In this document: positions 49,333 through 58,450 of the stretch, one piece after another | How positions within the stretch are numbered: position 1 is the first letter of the stretch | Layout: each line of letters begins with the position of its first letter | Origin: Bacteroidia bacterium | GTDB lineage: Bacteria > Bacteroidota > Bacteroidia > DATLTG01 | Reading direction: 5' to 3' | Length of the DNA: 64,000 bases | Assembly (NCBI GenBank): GCA_039924845.1 | Contig: JBDTAC010000073.1 | Span: 8,614-72,613, forward strand | The notes under the pieces: generated by a model | Databases searched by the model: none | Told to the model about the DNA's origin: nothing | Seen by the model: only the letters and a program-made list of their open reading frames with translations | Translations under genes and position numbers: made by a program

Positions 49333-50062
49333 AATCTTCGGCTTTCAGCGAAGCGCCACCAATTAATCCACCGTCAATATCGGCGCAAGAAAATAATTCT
49401 TTTGCGTTTGCTGCATTGCAACTTCCGCCATACAAAATAGAAATTTGTTCCGCGATTTCCTTACCGTATTTTTCGGAAATAATTTTCCGAATGTGTTGAT
49501 GCATTTCTTGTGCTTGCTCGCTTGTCGCGGTAACTCCTGTTCCGATTGCCCAAACAGGTTCGTAAGCAATTATGAGCTTTGAAAAATGATTTTTATCCAA
49601 ATGAAAAAGACTTTCTCTTAATTGTTTTTCTACAATTTCAAATTGTAGATTAGAATTTCTTTCTTCTAATTTTTCGCCAACACAAAAAATAGGTTGTAGA
49701 TTATTTTCGAGGCAACGATTTACTTTTTTTGTAAGAATTTCATGTGTTTCAAAAAAATAATTTCTACGTTCAGAATGTCCGATGATTATATTTTGTACAC
49801 CCACGGAATAAAGCATTTTTGCTGAAATTTCTCCAGTAAAAGCGCCATTTTTTTCGGAAGAACAATTTTGTGCAGATAGAATTAATTCGTCTAATTTTTT
49901 TGAGATCCCATTCAGGTAAATAAAAGGAGGAGCGATTATTTTTTCAATATTTGGCGCTGGTTTTTCCTTGAGTAAAAAAATAATTTTTTGAAGTAAAAAA
50001 TTTACTTCGTCGGGAAGCAAATTCATTTTCCAATTTCCGCACACTATTTTTTTTCGTCCCAT
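49307..50062 (-). CDS. tpiA: triose-phosphate isomerase
   Basis: 251 aa. VCGNWKMN, IGHSERR and the catalytic E-containing AYEPVWAIGTG motif. Confidence 0.9.
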   Translation of the reverse strand: MGRKKIVCGNWKMNLLPDEVNFLLQKIIFLLKEKPAPNIEKIIAPPFIYLNGISKKLDELILSAQNCSSEKNGAFTGEISAKMLYSVGVQNIIIGHSERRNYFFETHEILTKKVNRCLENNLQPIFCVGEKLEERNSNLQFEIVEKQLRESLFHLDKNHFSKLIIAYEPVWAIGTGVTATSEQAQEMHQHIRKIISEKYGKEIAEQISILYGGSCNAANAKELFSCADIDGGLIGGASLKAEDFVQIIHSF

Positions 50063-50071
50063 AAAAAGAAA

Positions 50072-51154
50072 TTATTGAACTCTCACACGCGGATCTAAAA
50101 TGCCGTAAATAATATCTACAAAAATATTTATTACGACAAATATCAGTGCTGTAACCAGCACTACGCCCATTACTACGGGCAAATCGTATTTTTCGAGTGC
50201 ATCCACCACTTCTTTTCCGATACCTTTCCAGCCGAAAATATATTCTACAAAAACAGCACCTGCCATTAAACTGGCAAACCAGCCAGAAATAGCTGTAATA
50301 ACAGGATTTAGTGCGTTTTTTAAAGCATGTTTTGCAATGATTTTATAAAAACTTAAGCCTTTTGCTTTAGCAGTTCGGATGTAATCTTGCGATAAAACAT
50401 CGAGTAAAGAACTTCGCGTAAGCTGTACTATAATTGCCAAAGGACGAATTCCTAAAGTTAGTGCTGGCAAAATTAAATTTTTCAAATCGAGTACTTGTCC
50501 ATTTCCGTAATCGTCAATTGTATATAAACTCCCGACGGTATTCAATCCAGTATATTTATGAAGTACGTATCCGAATATCCAGGCGAAAATAAGTCCGATA
50601 AAAAAAGAGGGACCAGACATTCCGAGAATAGAAAAAACGAGCGAGGAATGGTCGAACCAAGAATCTTTTTTTATTGCTGAAAAAATACCGAGAATAATGC
50701 CGACGACGGAGGCAAAAAGAATGGCAGCAAAAGCCAATACAGCAGTTTCTGGAAGTGTGGCAGCAATGATTTCGCTTACTTTTCGTTTGCTTTGATAGGA
50801 GCGCCTTAAATATGGATATTTTAGTATAATGACTTTTGATTTTGATACCTGAAATAGTTTTTCGTAAGAGGAATATTTTGCTGGATCGAGGTAAATAAAA
50901 TCATTCGGATTTTTATCGTCGTTGATGGAAATAGGCGATAAATCGTTGAGGTACATAAAAAATTGAACTTGAATCGGTTTATCGCGTCCCAAATCTTTGT
51001 TAATGGCATCAATCGAAGCTTGGTCGGCTCTTTGTCCGAGCATCATCCGAGCTGGGTCGCCAGGTAAGACATTAAATAAGATGAAAATAACTGTGATTAC
51101 TCCCAACAGTACGAGCAATCCGTACACTATTTTTTTTATAATAAATGTGGTCAC
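50072..51154 (-). CDS. ABC transporter permease (DppB/OppB-like)
   Basis: 360 aa. N-terminal TM, a long periplasmic loop, 5 more TM helices and an EAA-like motif (SQDYIRTAKAKGL). Confidence 0.75.
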   Translation of the reverse strand: MTTFIIKKIVYGLLVLLGVITVIFILFNVLPGDPARMMLGQRADQASIDAINKDLGRDKPIQVQFFMYLNDLSPISINDDKNPNDFIYLDPAKYSSYEKLFQVSKSKVIILKYPYLRRSYQSKRKVSEIIAATLPETAVLAFAAILFASVVGIILGIFSAIKKDSWFDHSSLVFSILGMSGPSFFIGLIFAWIFGYVLHKYTGLNTVGSLYTIDDYGNGQVLDLKNLILPALTLGIRPLAIIVQLTRSSLLDVLSQDYIRTAKAKGLSFYKIIAKHALKNALNPVITAISGWFASLMAGAVFVEYIFGWKGIGKEVVDALEKYDLPVVMGVVLVTALIFVVINIFVDIIYGILDPRVRVQ

Positions 51155-52266
51155 TGTGCTTTCAAATAAGTTGTTTTAATTTCACTAAATGATGGTATGG
51201 AATGGAAATGCCACATGGCAATCACGACTCCTTTTTTTAATAATATTAATCCAGGATTGGAGCGAATCATCGTTTTTAATACCGTTCCGTCGGTGGCATA
51301 AAAAGGATACGCTGCTTGTACTTGATGTCTGAAATTTTTTATCTTTTCATTGTCGGATGCCGTGAGTGCTGCAAATTTTATTTTATTTTCATCGCACAAA
51401 GCGGCAAAATCATTTATTTTATTTTGAACGTTTATATTGGCTTTATCCAAATCGTATTCAATCAATAAAAAATTATAATTCGGATTGTTCATAATAGTAT
51501 CTGTCAAATCATCTCCGATCGCATCCGAGATACTAAAATCGAGTATGGCTGCTTGCTTTCCTTTTGTTACCACTTCCGTGCGATTGCTCACATAATCCCA
51601 TTCAGTATCCCAGTTTTTTGGCCAAGCATCAAACTCTTTTGTTTCGCCTGATTTTTTATTTTTTAAGGTGTAATAATATTTCAAAACGTCGGGTGTACCT
51701 TTGGTTTGCTCTAAAATATTGGTTCCTACTTTATACGGACGAAAATCAATTACTGGAAGATAATTATACGTATATAATGGAAATCCTAAGGAACACAATG
51801 CGAAAATAATAACGGCAACGTTTTCGCCAGTTTTAACGAGCAAAGGGTGGATGTTTTTTTTCTGAAAAAACAGAATACCAATCATCGTTAATAATAAAAT
51901 GTTTTTTGCGAAGGATTGCCAAGCAGTCATCGGAATGGCATCGCCAAAGCAGCCACATTCGGTTACTTTGTGATAGTACGCGGTGTAAAAAGTAAGGAAG
52001 GTAAAAAAGACAATCATTAAAACCAATAGCCACATAGTTGTTTTAATACGCGCGCCGAGCAACAGCATAAATCCCAATAACATTTCGAAAATACAAATGA
52101 GGATGGCTAAAAAAAGTGCTGTAGGAACGAGCCATTCAATGTGGAAAGCGGCAAAATATTCTTCTAATTTATAGGCAAATCCTAAAGCATCGTTTGCTTT
52201 GATAAAGCCCGAAAAAATGAACAATATCCCCACAAAAATCCGACAAATGTTAACAAGAATTCTCAT
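51151..52266 (-). CDS. DoxX family membrane protein with C-terminal soluble domain
   Basis: 4 TM N-terminal DoxX-like region (IFVGILFIFSGFIKAND). Start set to ATG 52266; the ORF track used TTG 52272. It overlaps the permease stop by 4 nt. Confidence 0.65.
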   Translation of the reverse strand: MRILVNICRIFVGILFIFSGFIKANDALGFAYKLEEYFAAFHIEWLVPTALFLAILICIFEMLLGFMLLLGARIKTTMWLLVLMIVFFTFLTFYTAYYHKVTECGCFGDAIPMTAWQSFAKNILLLTMIGILFFQKKNIHPLLVKTGENVAVIIFALCSLGFPLYTYNYLPVIDFRPYKVGTNILEQTKGTPDVLKYYYTLKNKKSGETKEFDAWPKNWDTEWDYVSNRTEVVTKGKQAAILDFSISDAIGDDLTDTIMNNPNYNFLLIEYDLDKANINVQNKINDFAALCDENKIKFAALTASDNEKIKNFRHQVQAAYPFYATDGTVLKTMIRSNPGLILLKKGVVIAMWHFHSIPSFSEIKTTYLKAQ

Positions 52267-52284
52267 CGTCAAAAAAATAATTTT

Positions 52285-52821
52285 TTAAGCGCTTATTTTT
52301 ATCAGTGCAAAAATAGCATAATTAATCATATCGTAGTAATTGGCGTCAATTCCTTCTGATATAAGCGTTGCGCCTTTGTTATCTTCTATTTGTTTTACGC
52401 GCAAAAGTTTCATCAAAATTAAATCCGTTAAAGAGCTGGTTCGCATGTCGCGCCATGCTTCTCCGTAATCGTGATTTTTATTTTCCATTAAATTTTTCGC
52501 GGCAAACGCATATTTATCGTACAAAGGTGAAATTTCTTCCGCGCTTAATTCCATGCGTTCATCATTTAGCAAATCTAATTGTATCAAGGCAATTACGCAA
52601 TAATTCACAATTCCAATGTATTCCGATTTAATGTCATCTCCCACCTTTTGCGTACCTTTATCTTCGATGCTTCGGATGCGTTGTGCTTTGATAAAAATTT
52701 GATCGGTGAGAGAACTCGGGCGTAAAATCCGCCACGCGCTTCCATAGTCTTTCATCTTCTTAATAAAAATATCTTTGCATTGTTTGATGGCTGCATCAAA
52801 TTGAATGGAAGTAGTATTCAT
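52285..52821 (-). CDS. DUF1599-like protein (duplicated ~80-aa domain)
   Basis: Two internal repeats (KDYGSAWRILRPSSLTDQIFIKAQRIRSIED / HDYGEAWRDMRTSSLTDLILMKLLRVKQIED). Start set to ATG 52821 so it does not overlap folP. Confidence 0.6.
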   Translation of the reverse strand: MNTTSIQFDAAIKQCKDIFIKKMKDYGSAWRILRPSSLTDQIFIKAQRIRSIEDKGTQKVGDDIKSEYIGIVNYCVIALIQLDLLNDERMELSAEEISPLYDKYAFAAKNLMENKNHDYGEAWRDMRTSSLTDLILMKLLRVKQIEDNKGATLISEGIDANYYDMINYAIFALIKISA

Positions 52822-52874
52822 GTAAATTTGCCGTGTAAATGAGTGCACAAGATACAGTTTTTTCAGAAAAAAAA

Positions 52875-53705
52875 ATGCTCGATTTCGGCGTGTGCGTTCT
52901 TGATTTATCAAGTCCCGTCGTGATGGGTATTTTAAACGTTACGCCCGATTCGTTTTACGATGGAGGAAATTATTTTTCTGAAAAAAAATTTTTCGAACAG
53001 GTCGAAAAAATATTTCTGGAAGGTGCTGATATGATTGATGTCGGAGCCGTTTCCACACGACCAAAAGCTGTATTTGTATCGGAAGAAGAAGAATTAAAAC
53101 GCTTGCTTCCAGTAATTGAATACGTACGAAAAAACCATCCGAAAAAAATAATTTCTGTAGATACTTTTCGTGCCGAAGTGGCAAAAAAAGCCGTTACTGA
53201 AGGTGCCAATATGATTAATGATATTTCTGGCGGAAAGATGGATCCAAAAATGTTTGAAACAGTAGCAAAATTAAATGTTCCGTACGTGTTGATGCACATT
53301 CAAGGTATACCCGAAACGATGCAAGAAAATCCGCAATATGAAAACGTTTTGGAGGAAGTGAAAAAATATTTTTTGGAGCGACTTTTTTTGCTTAAAAAAT
53401 TAGGTCTTGAAAAAATAATTTTGGATCCAGGTTTTGGTTTCGGGAAAAATAATTCGCATAATTTCCAATTGCTAAAATATTTGAATGAATTTAAATCGTT
53501 CGGATTTCCTTTAATGGTTGGAGTTTCTCGTAAATCAATGATTCAAAACGTGTTGAATATTTCTGCTGCCGAATCCTTGAATGCAACCACATCTTTAAAC
53601 ACTATTGCTTTATTAAACGGCGCAACTATTTTGCGTGTACATGATGTAAAAGAAGCAAAACAGGCGGTTGAATTGCTTGCTTTTTATCAAAAAGCAAGCG
53701 ATTAA
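52875..53705 (+). CDS. folP: dihydropteroate synthase
   Basis: VMGILNVTPDSFYDGG pterin-binding signature. Start set at the internal Met (MLDFG) because the N-terminal extension in the ORF track would overlap the divergent gene; 52839 is the alternative. Confidence 0.8.
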   Translation: MLDFGVCVLDLSSPVVMGILNVTPDSFYDGGNYFSEKKFFEQVEKIFLEGADMIDVGAVSTRPKAVFVSEEEELKRLLPVIEYVRKNHPKKIISVDTFRAEVAKKAVTEGANMINDISGGKMDPKMFETVAKLNVPYVLMHIQGIPETMQENPQYENVLEEVKKYFLERLFLLKKLGLEKIILDPGFGFGKNNSHNFQLLKYLNEFKSFGFPLMVGVSRKSMIQNVLNISAAESLNATTSLNTIALLNGATILRVHDVKEAKQAVELLAFYQKASD

Positions 53706-53710
53706 TAAAA

Positions 53711-53745
53711 GGTTCAGAAAAATATTTTTTCGAACCGCTTTTAAT
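53711..53745. terminator. near-perfect palindrome ggttcagaaaaatattttttcgaacc + gcttttaat
   Basis: 5-bp G/C arms plus the A/T core (one mismatch, or a G.U pair in RNA), 6 nt after the folP stop. Confidence 0.6.
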
Positions 53746-53867
53746 AAACCTCTCAAAAAAGTTATCCACATAAGGGAGCAAAAACTGTTGAAAAATGGAT
53801 TTTCACTCTGTTTTTTTTACAAAGATTTTATTATATTTGTCCTGCTCAAAAAACAAGGAAAGTACGT

Positions 53868-54938
53868 ATGATAGAAATTAAAACAAGACATTTTTTTAGT
53901 TCCATTTTTTGTTTTTTGATGCTCGTGTTTGCTACGAATGCAAATGCTCAATTGGTTGTCAGTGCAGGAAGCAATCAAACAATTTGCCTTGGCGATTCAG
54001 TTACAATTGGCGGAAGTCCAACAGCAACAGGAGGAAGGGCTCCTTATAATTATCTTTGGACACCTTCTGCTTCGCTGAATCAGAACAACATTGCGAATCC
54101 GAAAGCAAGCCCGACAAGTACTACGAAATATTATTTGACTGTTGTTGATTCCTTAGGTAATCGCGCGACAGATTCTGTAACGGTCAGTTTGTATCAAGTA
54201 AATTATATGGGAGCAGGACGAGATACTTCTGTTTGTAAAAATCAACCAGCACAATTGGGAAATTCGGCAAATTCAAGTGCTGGCGGAATTACTTTTTATT
54301 GGTCTCCTGCAACTGGACTAAATAATGCCGCGGCTCCTAATCCAACGGCTACGGTAAGCACAACAACAACATATACTTTAATTATCAATAGCACTACTTG
54401 TCCGCCAGAAACATCTATTGTAACAATAACCGTGAAATCACCACCTGCTGTGGAAGCAGGCGCTAACGTTACGATTAACGAAGGGCAAAATGTAACGCTT
54501 ACCGGTTCGGGAGCTTCTATTTATTCTTGGACTCCAGCAAACAATTTATCATCTCCGAACACGGCAATAACGCAAGCAGAGCCAATTGTTACCACGCAAT
54601 ATATTTTATACGGAGAGCAAAATGGTTGCATTGGATCGGATACTGTTACGGTTTTTGTGATACCCGATTCGAAACTTGTTTTTTACAATACGTTTACGCC
54701 CAATGGTGATGGTGTAAATGATACGTGGTTCATCGGTAATATTTGGCAATGCCCGAACAATGTGTTGGATGTTTACAACCGTTATGGCAAACTTGTTTTT
54801 CATGCGAATGATTATCAAAATTCTTGGAGAGGTCTCGGAACAGATAATAATAATTTGCCTTCCGCAACGTATTATTATATTTTGGATCCAGGCAATGGAA
54901 CTGGTAAATATCATGGGTCTGTAACAATTATTAGATAA
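53868..54938 (+). CDS. T9SS type B sorting-domain (gliding motility-associated C-terminal domain) secreted protein
   Basis: 356 aa. Signal peptide, Ig-like repeats and C-terminal FTPNGDGVNDTW...YNRYGKLVF...WRG. Confidence 0.8.
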   Translation: MIEIKTRHFFSSIFCFLMLVFATNANAQLVVSAGSNQTICLGDSVTIGGSPTATGGRAPYNYLWTPSASLNQNNIANPKASPTSTTKYYLTVVDSLGNRATDSVTVSLYQVNYMGAGRDTSVCKNQPAQLGNSANSSAGGITFYWSPATGLNNAAAPNPTATVSTTTTYTLIINSTTCPPETSIVTITVKSPPAVEAGANVTINEGQNVTLTGSGASIYSWTPANNLSSPNTAITQAEPIVTTQYILYGEQNGCIGSDTVTVFVIPDSKLVFYNTFTPNGDGVNDTWFIGNIWQCPNNVLDVYNRYGKLVFHANDYQNSWRGLGTDNNNLPSATYYYILDPGNGTGKYHGSVTIIR

Positions 54939-54945
54939 TTAAAGG

Positions 54946-55884
54946 ATGAAAAAAATAATTTTCCTAAGTGCTTTTTTTCTGTATTCTTTAAGTAATTTTG
55001 CACAGCAATTACCTTATTATACTCAGTTTAGAGCCAATGATTTATTTTTTAATCCTGCTATAGCAGGAACAAAAAAATTGATTGATATACGTACTGATTA
55101 TCGTTTGCAATGGGTTGGATTTGATGGTGCGCCTGTTACCAAAACACTCACCTTAAACAGCCGTTTTATGAATGGAAAAATGGGTGCGGGAGCTTGTATT
55201 TATGTAGATCAAACAGGACCAACCACGCGTACTAATTACATGTTAGATTACGCCTATCACATAAAATTTAACGATGCTGAATTATCTTTTGGATTATCTG
55301 GATCGATGACCGAATATTTTTTAGATGGCGGCTTAATGACGATACACAATAGCCAAGATCCATCCGTCAATCAGGCTTTAACCGATAAATCATGGGCGCC
55401 CGATGCAGGAGCTGGGATTTATTTGTACAATGATCGCTATCATTTCGGATTAAGTATGTCGAATTTATTGCAAGGCACGGAACGTTTCAAAGCTTCTGAT
55501 GCCAAAGTTGCTTTCGCACCTCATTATTATTCTTCTATAGGATATAATTTCTCCGTCAATCCCGATTATATTTTTGAACACACACTTTTTATTAATTATG
55601 TTGGTGGCGCACCATTTTTAGTAGATTACAGTTTGAGAATGCACTACAAAGAAAAAATGTTTATTGGTTTGTGTTACATCATGCAAGATGCTATTTCATT
55701 ACAAGCTGGCGTAACGGTTAAAACAAATTTTCAAGTTAGTTATTCATACGATTTGGTAACTTCGCCACTGCATCTTTACAACAACGGATCGCATGAAATA
55801 ATGCTTATTTACAGCACCGATTTGAAAAAGAAAAAAGGTACGAATAGCGATTTTCTGAAAAAGAAATACGGGTATCTTTTTTAA
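54946..55884 (+). CDS. PorP/SprF family type IX secretion system membrane protein
   Basis: 312 aa. Signal peptide plus the conserved QLPYYTQFRANDLFFNPAIAG start of the PorP/SprF beta-barrels. Sits immediately downstream of a type B CTD cargo gene, the usual arrangement. Confidence 0.85.
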   Translation: MKKIIFLSAFFLYSLSNFAQQLPYYTQFRANDLFFNPAIAGTKKLIDIRTDYRLQWVGFDGAPVTKTLTLNSRFMNGKMGAGACIYVDQTGPTTRTNYMLDYAYHIKFNDAELSFGLSGSMTEYFLDGGLMTIHNSQDPSVNQALTDKSWAPDAGAGIYLYNDRYHFGLSMSNLLQGTERFKASDAKVAFAPHYYSSIGYNFSVNPDYIFEHTLFINYVGGAPFLVDYSLRMHYKEKMFIGLCYIMQDAISLQAGVTVKTNFQVSYSYDLVTSPLHLYNNGSHEIMLIYSTDLKKKKGTNSDFLKKKYGYLF

Positions 55885-55937
55885 GCGTCGAAAAAATAAT
55901 TTTTCGAATGCGTTTTTTCTCCTTGAAAAAATATTTT

Positions 55938-57155
55938 TTAGGAAAGATTAAATTTTTCAACTGCCATTTCACACACTGCACTTCCAATTGCCAGCGATGC
56001 CGTTGCCGCCGGAGAAGGCGCATTTAAAATATGAATGGCGTTTCCGCGATGTTCAATTTTAAAGTCGTCAATCATTTCACCTTCGGGAGCCAATGCCATT
56101 GCGCGAACACCCGCTCTTCCCGGAACAATATCGTCCATTTGCAAATCAGGAATTAGTGTGCGCAAGCGTTTCAAAAAATATTTTTTCGAAAAAGCGCCGC
56201 GGTATTCGTCCAAACCGAATTTCATATTCTTGGCAAAAAATTTCCAGGTTCCGCCAAAACTAAATGCTTCGGCAGTATCGCGTAATGAAAAATCTGTTTT
56301 TCCGTAACCTTCGCGTTTAAAAACAAAAACCGCATTCGGTCCGCATTCCACGCCACCGTGAATCATTCGTGTAAAATGAACACCCAAAAACGGATATTTC
56401 GGATTGGGAACCGGATAAATTAAATTTTTCACTTTGTGCATTCCTTTTTCAGATAAATCAAAATAATCGCCTCTGAAACCAACAATGGCAGCATCTGTTT
56501 TCGTGCCTTCTTTTTTCGCGATGCGATCGGATTGCAATCCCGCGCAAGTAATAATATAGCTGCCCGAAAAAATATTTTTTTGAGTGATGACATTTGTGTA
56601 ATTCTCGTGGTGTTCAAACGCTTTTACTTCTTCTCCTGTCAAAACTTTACTTCCCGGAAATTTATTTTCGATTAATTCTCTGTATTTTCGAGTAACTTCG
56701 GAGTAATCAATGATTCCGGTGCAAGGGACCCAAATTCCTTCGATGCCTTCGCAAAAAGGTTCAATCTCTTTTATCTTGTCGCGATTTATTTTTTCGATTC
56801 CTTCTACATCGTTTGCCAAACCGTTATTGAAAACTTTGTTCATATGCGCCAATTCCGATTGATGCGTTGCCACAATTAATTTTCCGCAGATGTCGTGTGC
56901 AATTTTATGTTCCTTCGCGAAAGCAACCAATTCACGTCTTCCATCCACACAATTTTTTGCTTTATACGAACCTGGTTTGTAATAAATTCCGGAATGAATA
57001 ACGCCCGAATTATGCCCGGTTTGATGTGCAGCTACTTCTTTTTCTTTTTCAAGAACAAGAATTTTTTTTTGAGGAAATTTTAAATTGATTTTATAAGCCG
57101 AAGCCAAACCAACAATTCCTCCGCCTACAATAATGATGTCGTATTTATTTTCCAC
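55938..57155 (-). CDS. lhgO: L-2-hydroxyglutarate oxidase (FAD-dependent)
   Basis: 405 aa. N-terminal IIIVGGGIVGLASAY dinucleotide-binding motif and the LhgO length/pattern. GTG start. Confidence 0.75.
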   Translation of the reverse strand: MENKYDIIIVGGGIVGLASAYKINLKFPQKKILVLEKEKEVAAHQTGHNSGVIHSGIYYKPGSYKAKNCVDGRRELVAFAKEHKIAHDICGKLIVATHQSELAHMNKVFNNGLANDVEGIEKINRDKIKEIEPFCEGIEGIWVPCTGIIDYSEVTRKYRELIENKFPGSKVLTGEEVKAFEHHENYTNVITQKNIFSGSYIITCAGLQSDRIAKKEGTKTDAAIVGFRGDYFDLSEKGMHKVKNLIYPVPNPKYPFLGVHFTRMIHGGVECGPNAVFVFKREGYGKTDFSLRDTAEAFSFGGTWKFFAKNMKFGLDEYRGAFSKKYFLKRLRTLIPDLQMDDIVPGRAGVRAMALAPEGEMIDDFKIEHRGNAIHILNAPSPAATASLAIGSAVCEMAVEKFNLS

Positions 57156-57195
57156 TGAAAAAATATTTTTGCAAAATTAAAATAATTTTATGGAT

Positions 57196-57830
57196 TGTTA
57201 TCCACGATTTATAGCCCACGATTTAAATCGTGGGCTAATAGAAATAAAATATTGAAATAACCGTTTAAACGGTTTAACAAACACGTCTAGAAATGTCGCA
57301 TTCATATAACAAAATAGGACTTCATGTTATTTTTGCTACTAAATTTCGTATCCCATTAATTAGTTCTTTTGTTGAAATAAAAATATATAGCTATATGCGC
57401 CAACAATTGATAGATAATGGTTGTACTGTCAGAATTATTAATGGTATGCCTGATCATATTCATTTGTTGTTTTTACAAAATCCTAAAATGGCTATTTCAG
57501 ATATATTTACAATCAAAAAGCACATCATTCAAAAAAAGCTTTTAGTAAAGAATACGAAGAGTTTATTGTAGTAAATGGGTTCTTAAAAGAAGATGAGTAA
57601 CGACGATCTCAGTAACAAGTGCTCAAAGATGTAAAGGTTCCTATTTGTTTAAAATGTGTGATTTATGTAACTTTCCTTCTTAGTTATGTAAGAATATTGA
57701 TTTGTTATTGCTCAGCTTTGTCGAAATAATAATTGGTATTAAAATATCTGGTATTTCGACTTCTCTACTTTTATCAAAATTAAAATAGATATTGTGAAAG
57801 AATCTCGGGTGGGCTTGGTAAATAATACGT
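57196..57830. mobile_element. decayed IS200/IS605-family insertion sequence
   Basis: Sub-terminal hairpins (tagcccacgatttaaatcgtgggcta at 57209-57234; ataaccgtttaaacggtttaac at 57255-57276) precede a truncated HuH transposase ORF. A partial match to the left hairpin (cgggtgggct) lies near 57805-57820. The exact ends were not determined. Confidence 0.45.
57293..57600 (+). pseudogene. tnpA: IS200/IS605 TnpA (Y1 HuH transposase / RAYT-like) remnant, frameshifted and truncated
   Basis: 92-aa ORF with an HIHLL HuH motif. After a frameshift in an A-run the +1 frame continues as ...KKAFSKEYEEF, resembling the conserved segment before the catalytic Tyr. The catalytic Tyr region is missing. Confidence 0.55.
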
Positions 57831-57865
57831 ATCTTGATAAAAACGCAAATTAATAACTCTCAAAT

Positions 57866-58441
57866 TTGAAACTCTACATTAAAAATATGGTCAGCCTTCG
57901 CTGTAAGATGCTGGTCAAAGAAGAGTTGAAAAAACTCGGACTTCATTTTATTATTGTTGATTTAGGTGAAATCGAAATCATGGAAACTATTTCTGCTGAA
58001 TTGCGAGAGGATTTGAATATCGCCTTACTTAAATCAGGTTTGGAGCTGATGGACGACAAAAAAGCGATTTTGATTGAAAAAGTAAAAAATCTAATTATCG
58101 AGATGATTCATCATTCAGATGATTTGCCGGAAGTGAATTATTCGGATTACATAAGTGAAAAATTAAAATACGATTATACTTATTTGTCCAATATTTTTTC
58201 GGAAGTGAAAGGCATAACCATACAGCAATTTATCATTATTCATAAAATTGAAAGAGTAAAAGAATTTTTGCTGTACGATGAACTTAATCTCACGGAAATA
58301 TCCTATAAATTGCATTACAGCAGTGTAGCACATTTGTCTAATCAATTCAAAAAAATCACAGGATTTTCTCCCTCTCACTTTAAACAGTTAAAAGAGAAAA
58401 GGCAAAATACAATTGAAGAAATTGGGAATTCGACGTTATAA
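57866..58441 (+). CDS. AraC family transcriptional regulator
   Basis: 191 aa with a C-terminal AraC-type double HTH. Confidence 0.7.
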   Translation: MKLYIKNMVSLRCKMLVKEELKKLGLHFIIVDLGEIEIMETISAELREDLNIALLKSGLELMDDKKAILIEKVKNLIIEMIHHSDDLPEVNYSDYISEKLKYDYTYLSNIFSEVKGITIQQFIIIHKIERVKEFLLYDELNLTEISYKLHYSSVAHLSNQFKKITGFSPSHFKQLKEKRQNTIEEIGNSTL

Positions 58442-58450
58442 GAAAATAGA

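Noticed and set aside
53762-53770. Perfect DnaA box TTATCCACA downstream of folP (with a near-box TTATCCACG at 57199-57207)
   Set aside because: Isolated single boxes with no cluster and no adjacent DNA-unwinding element; too little to call an origin or a DnaA-regulated promoter.
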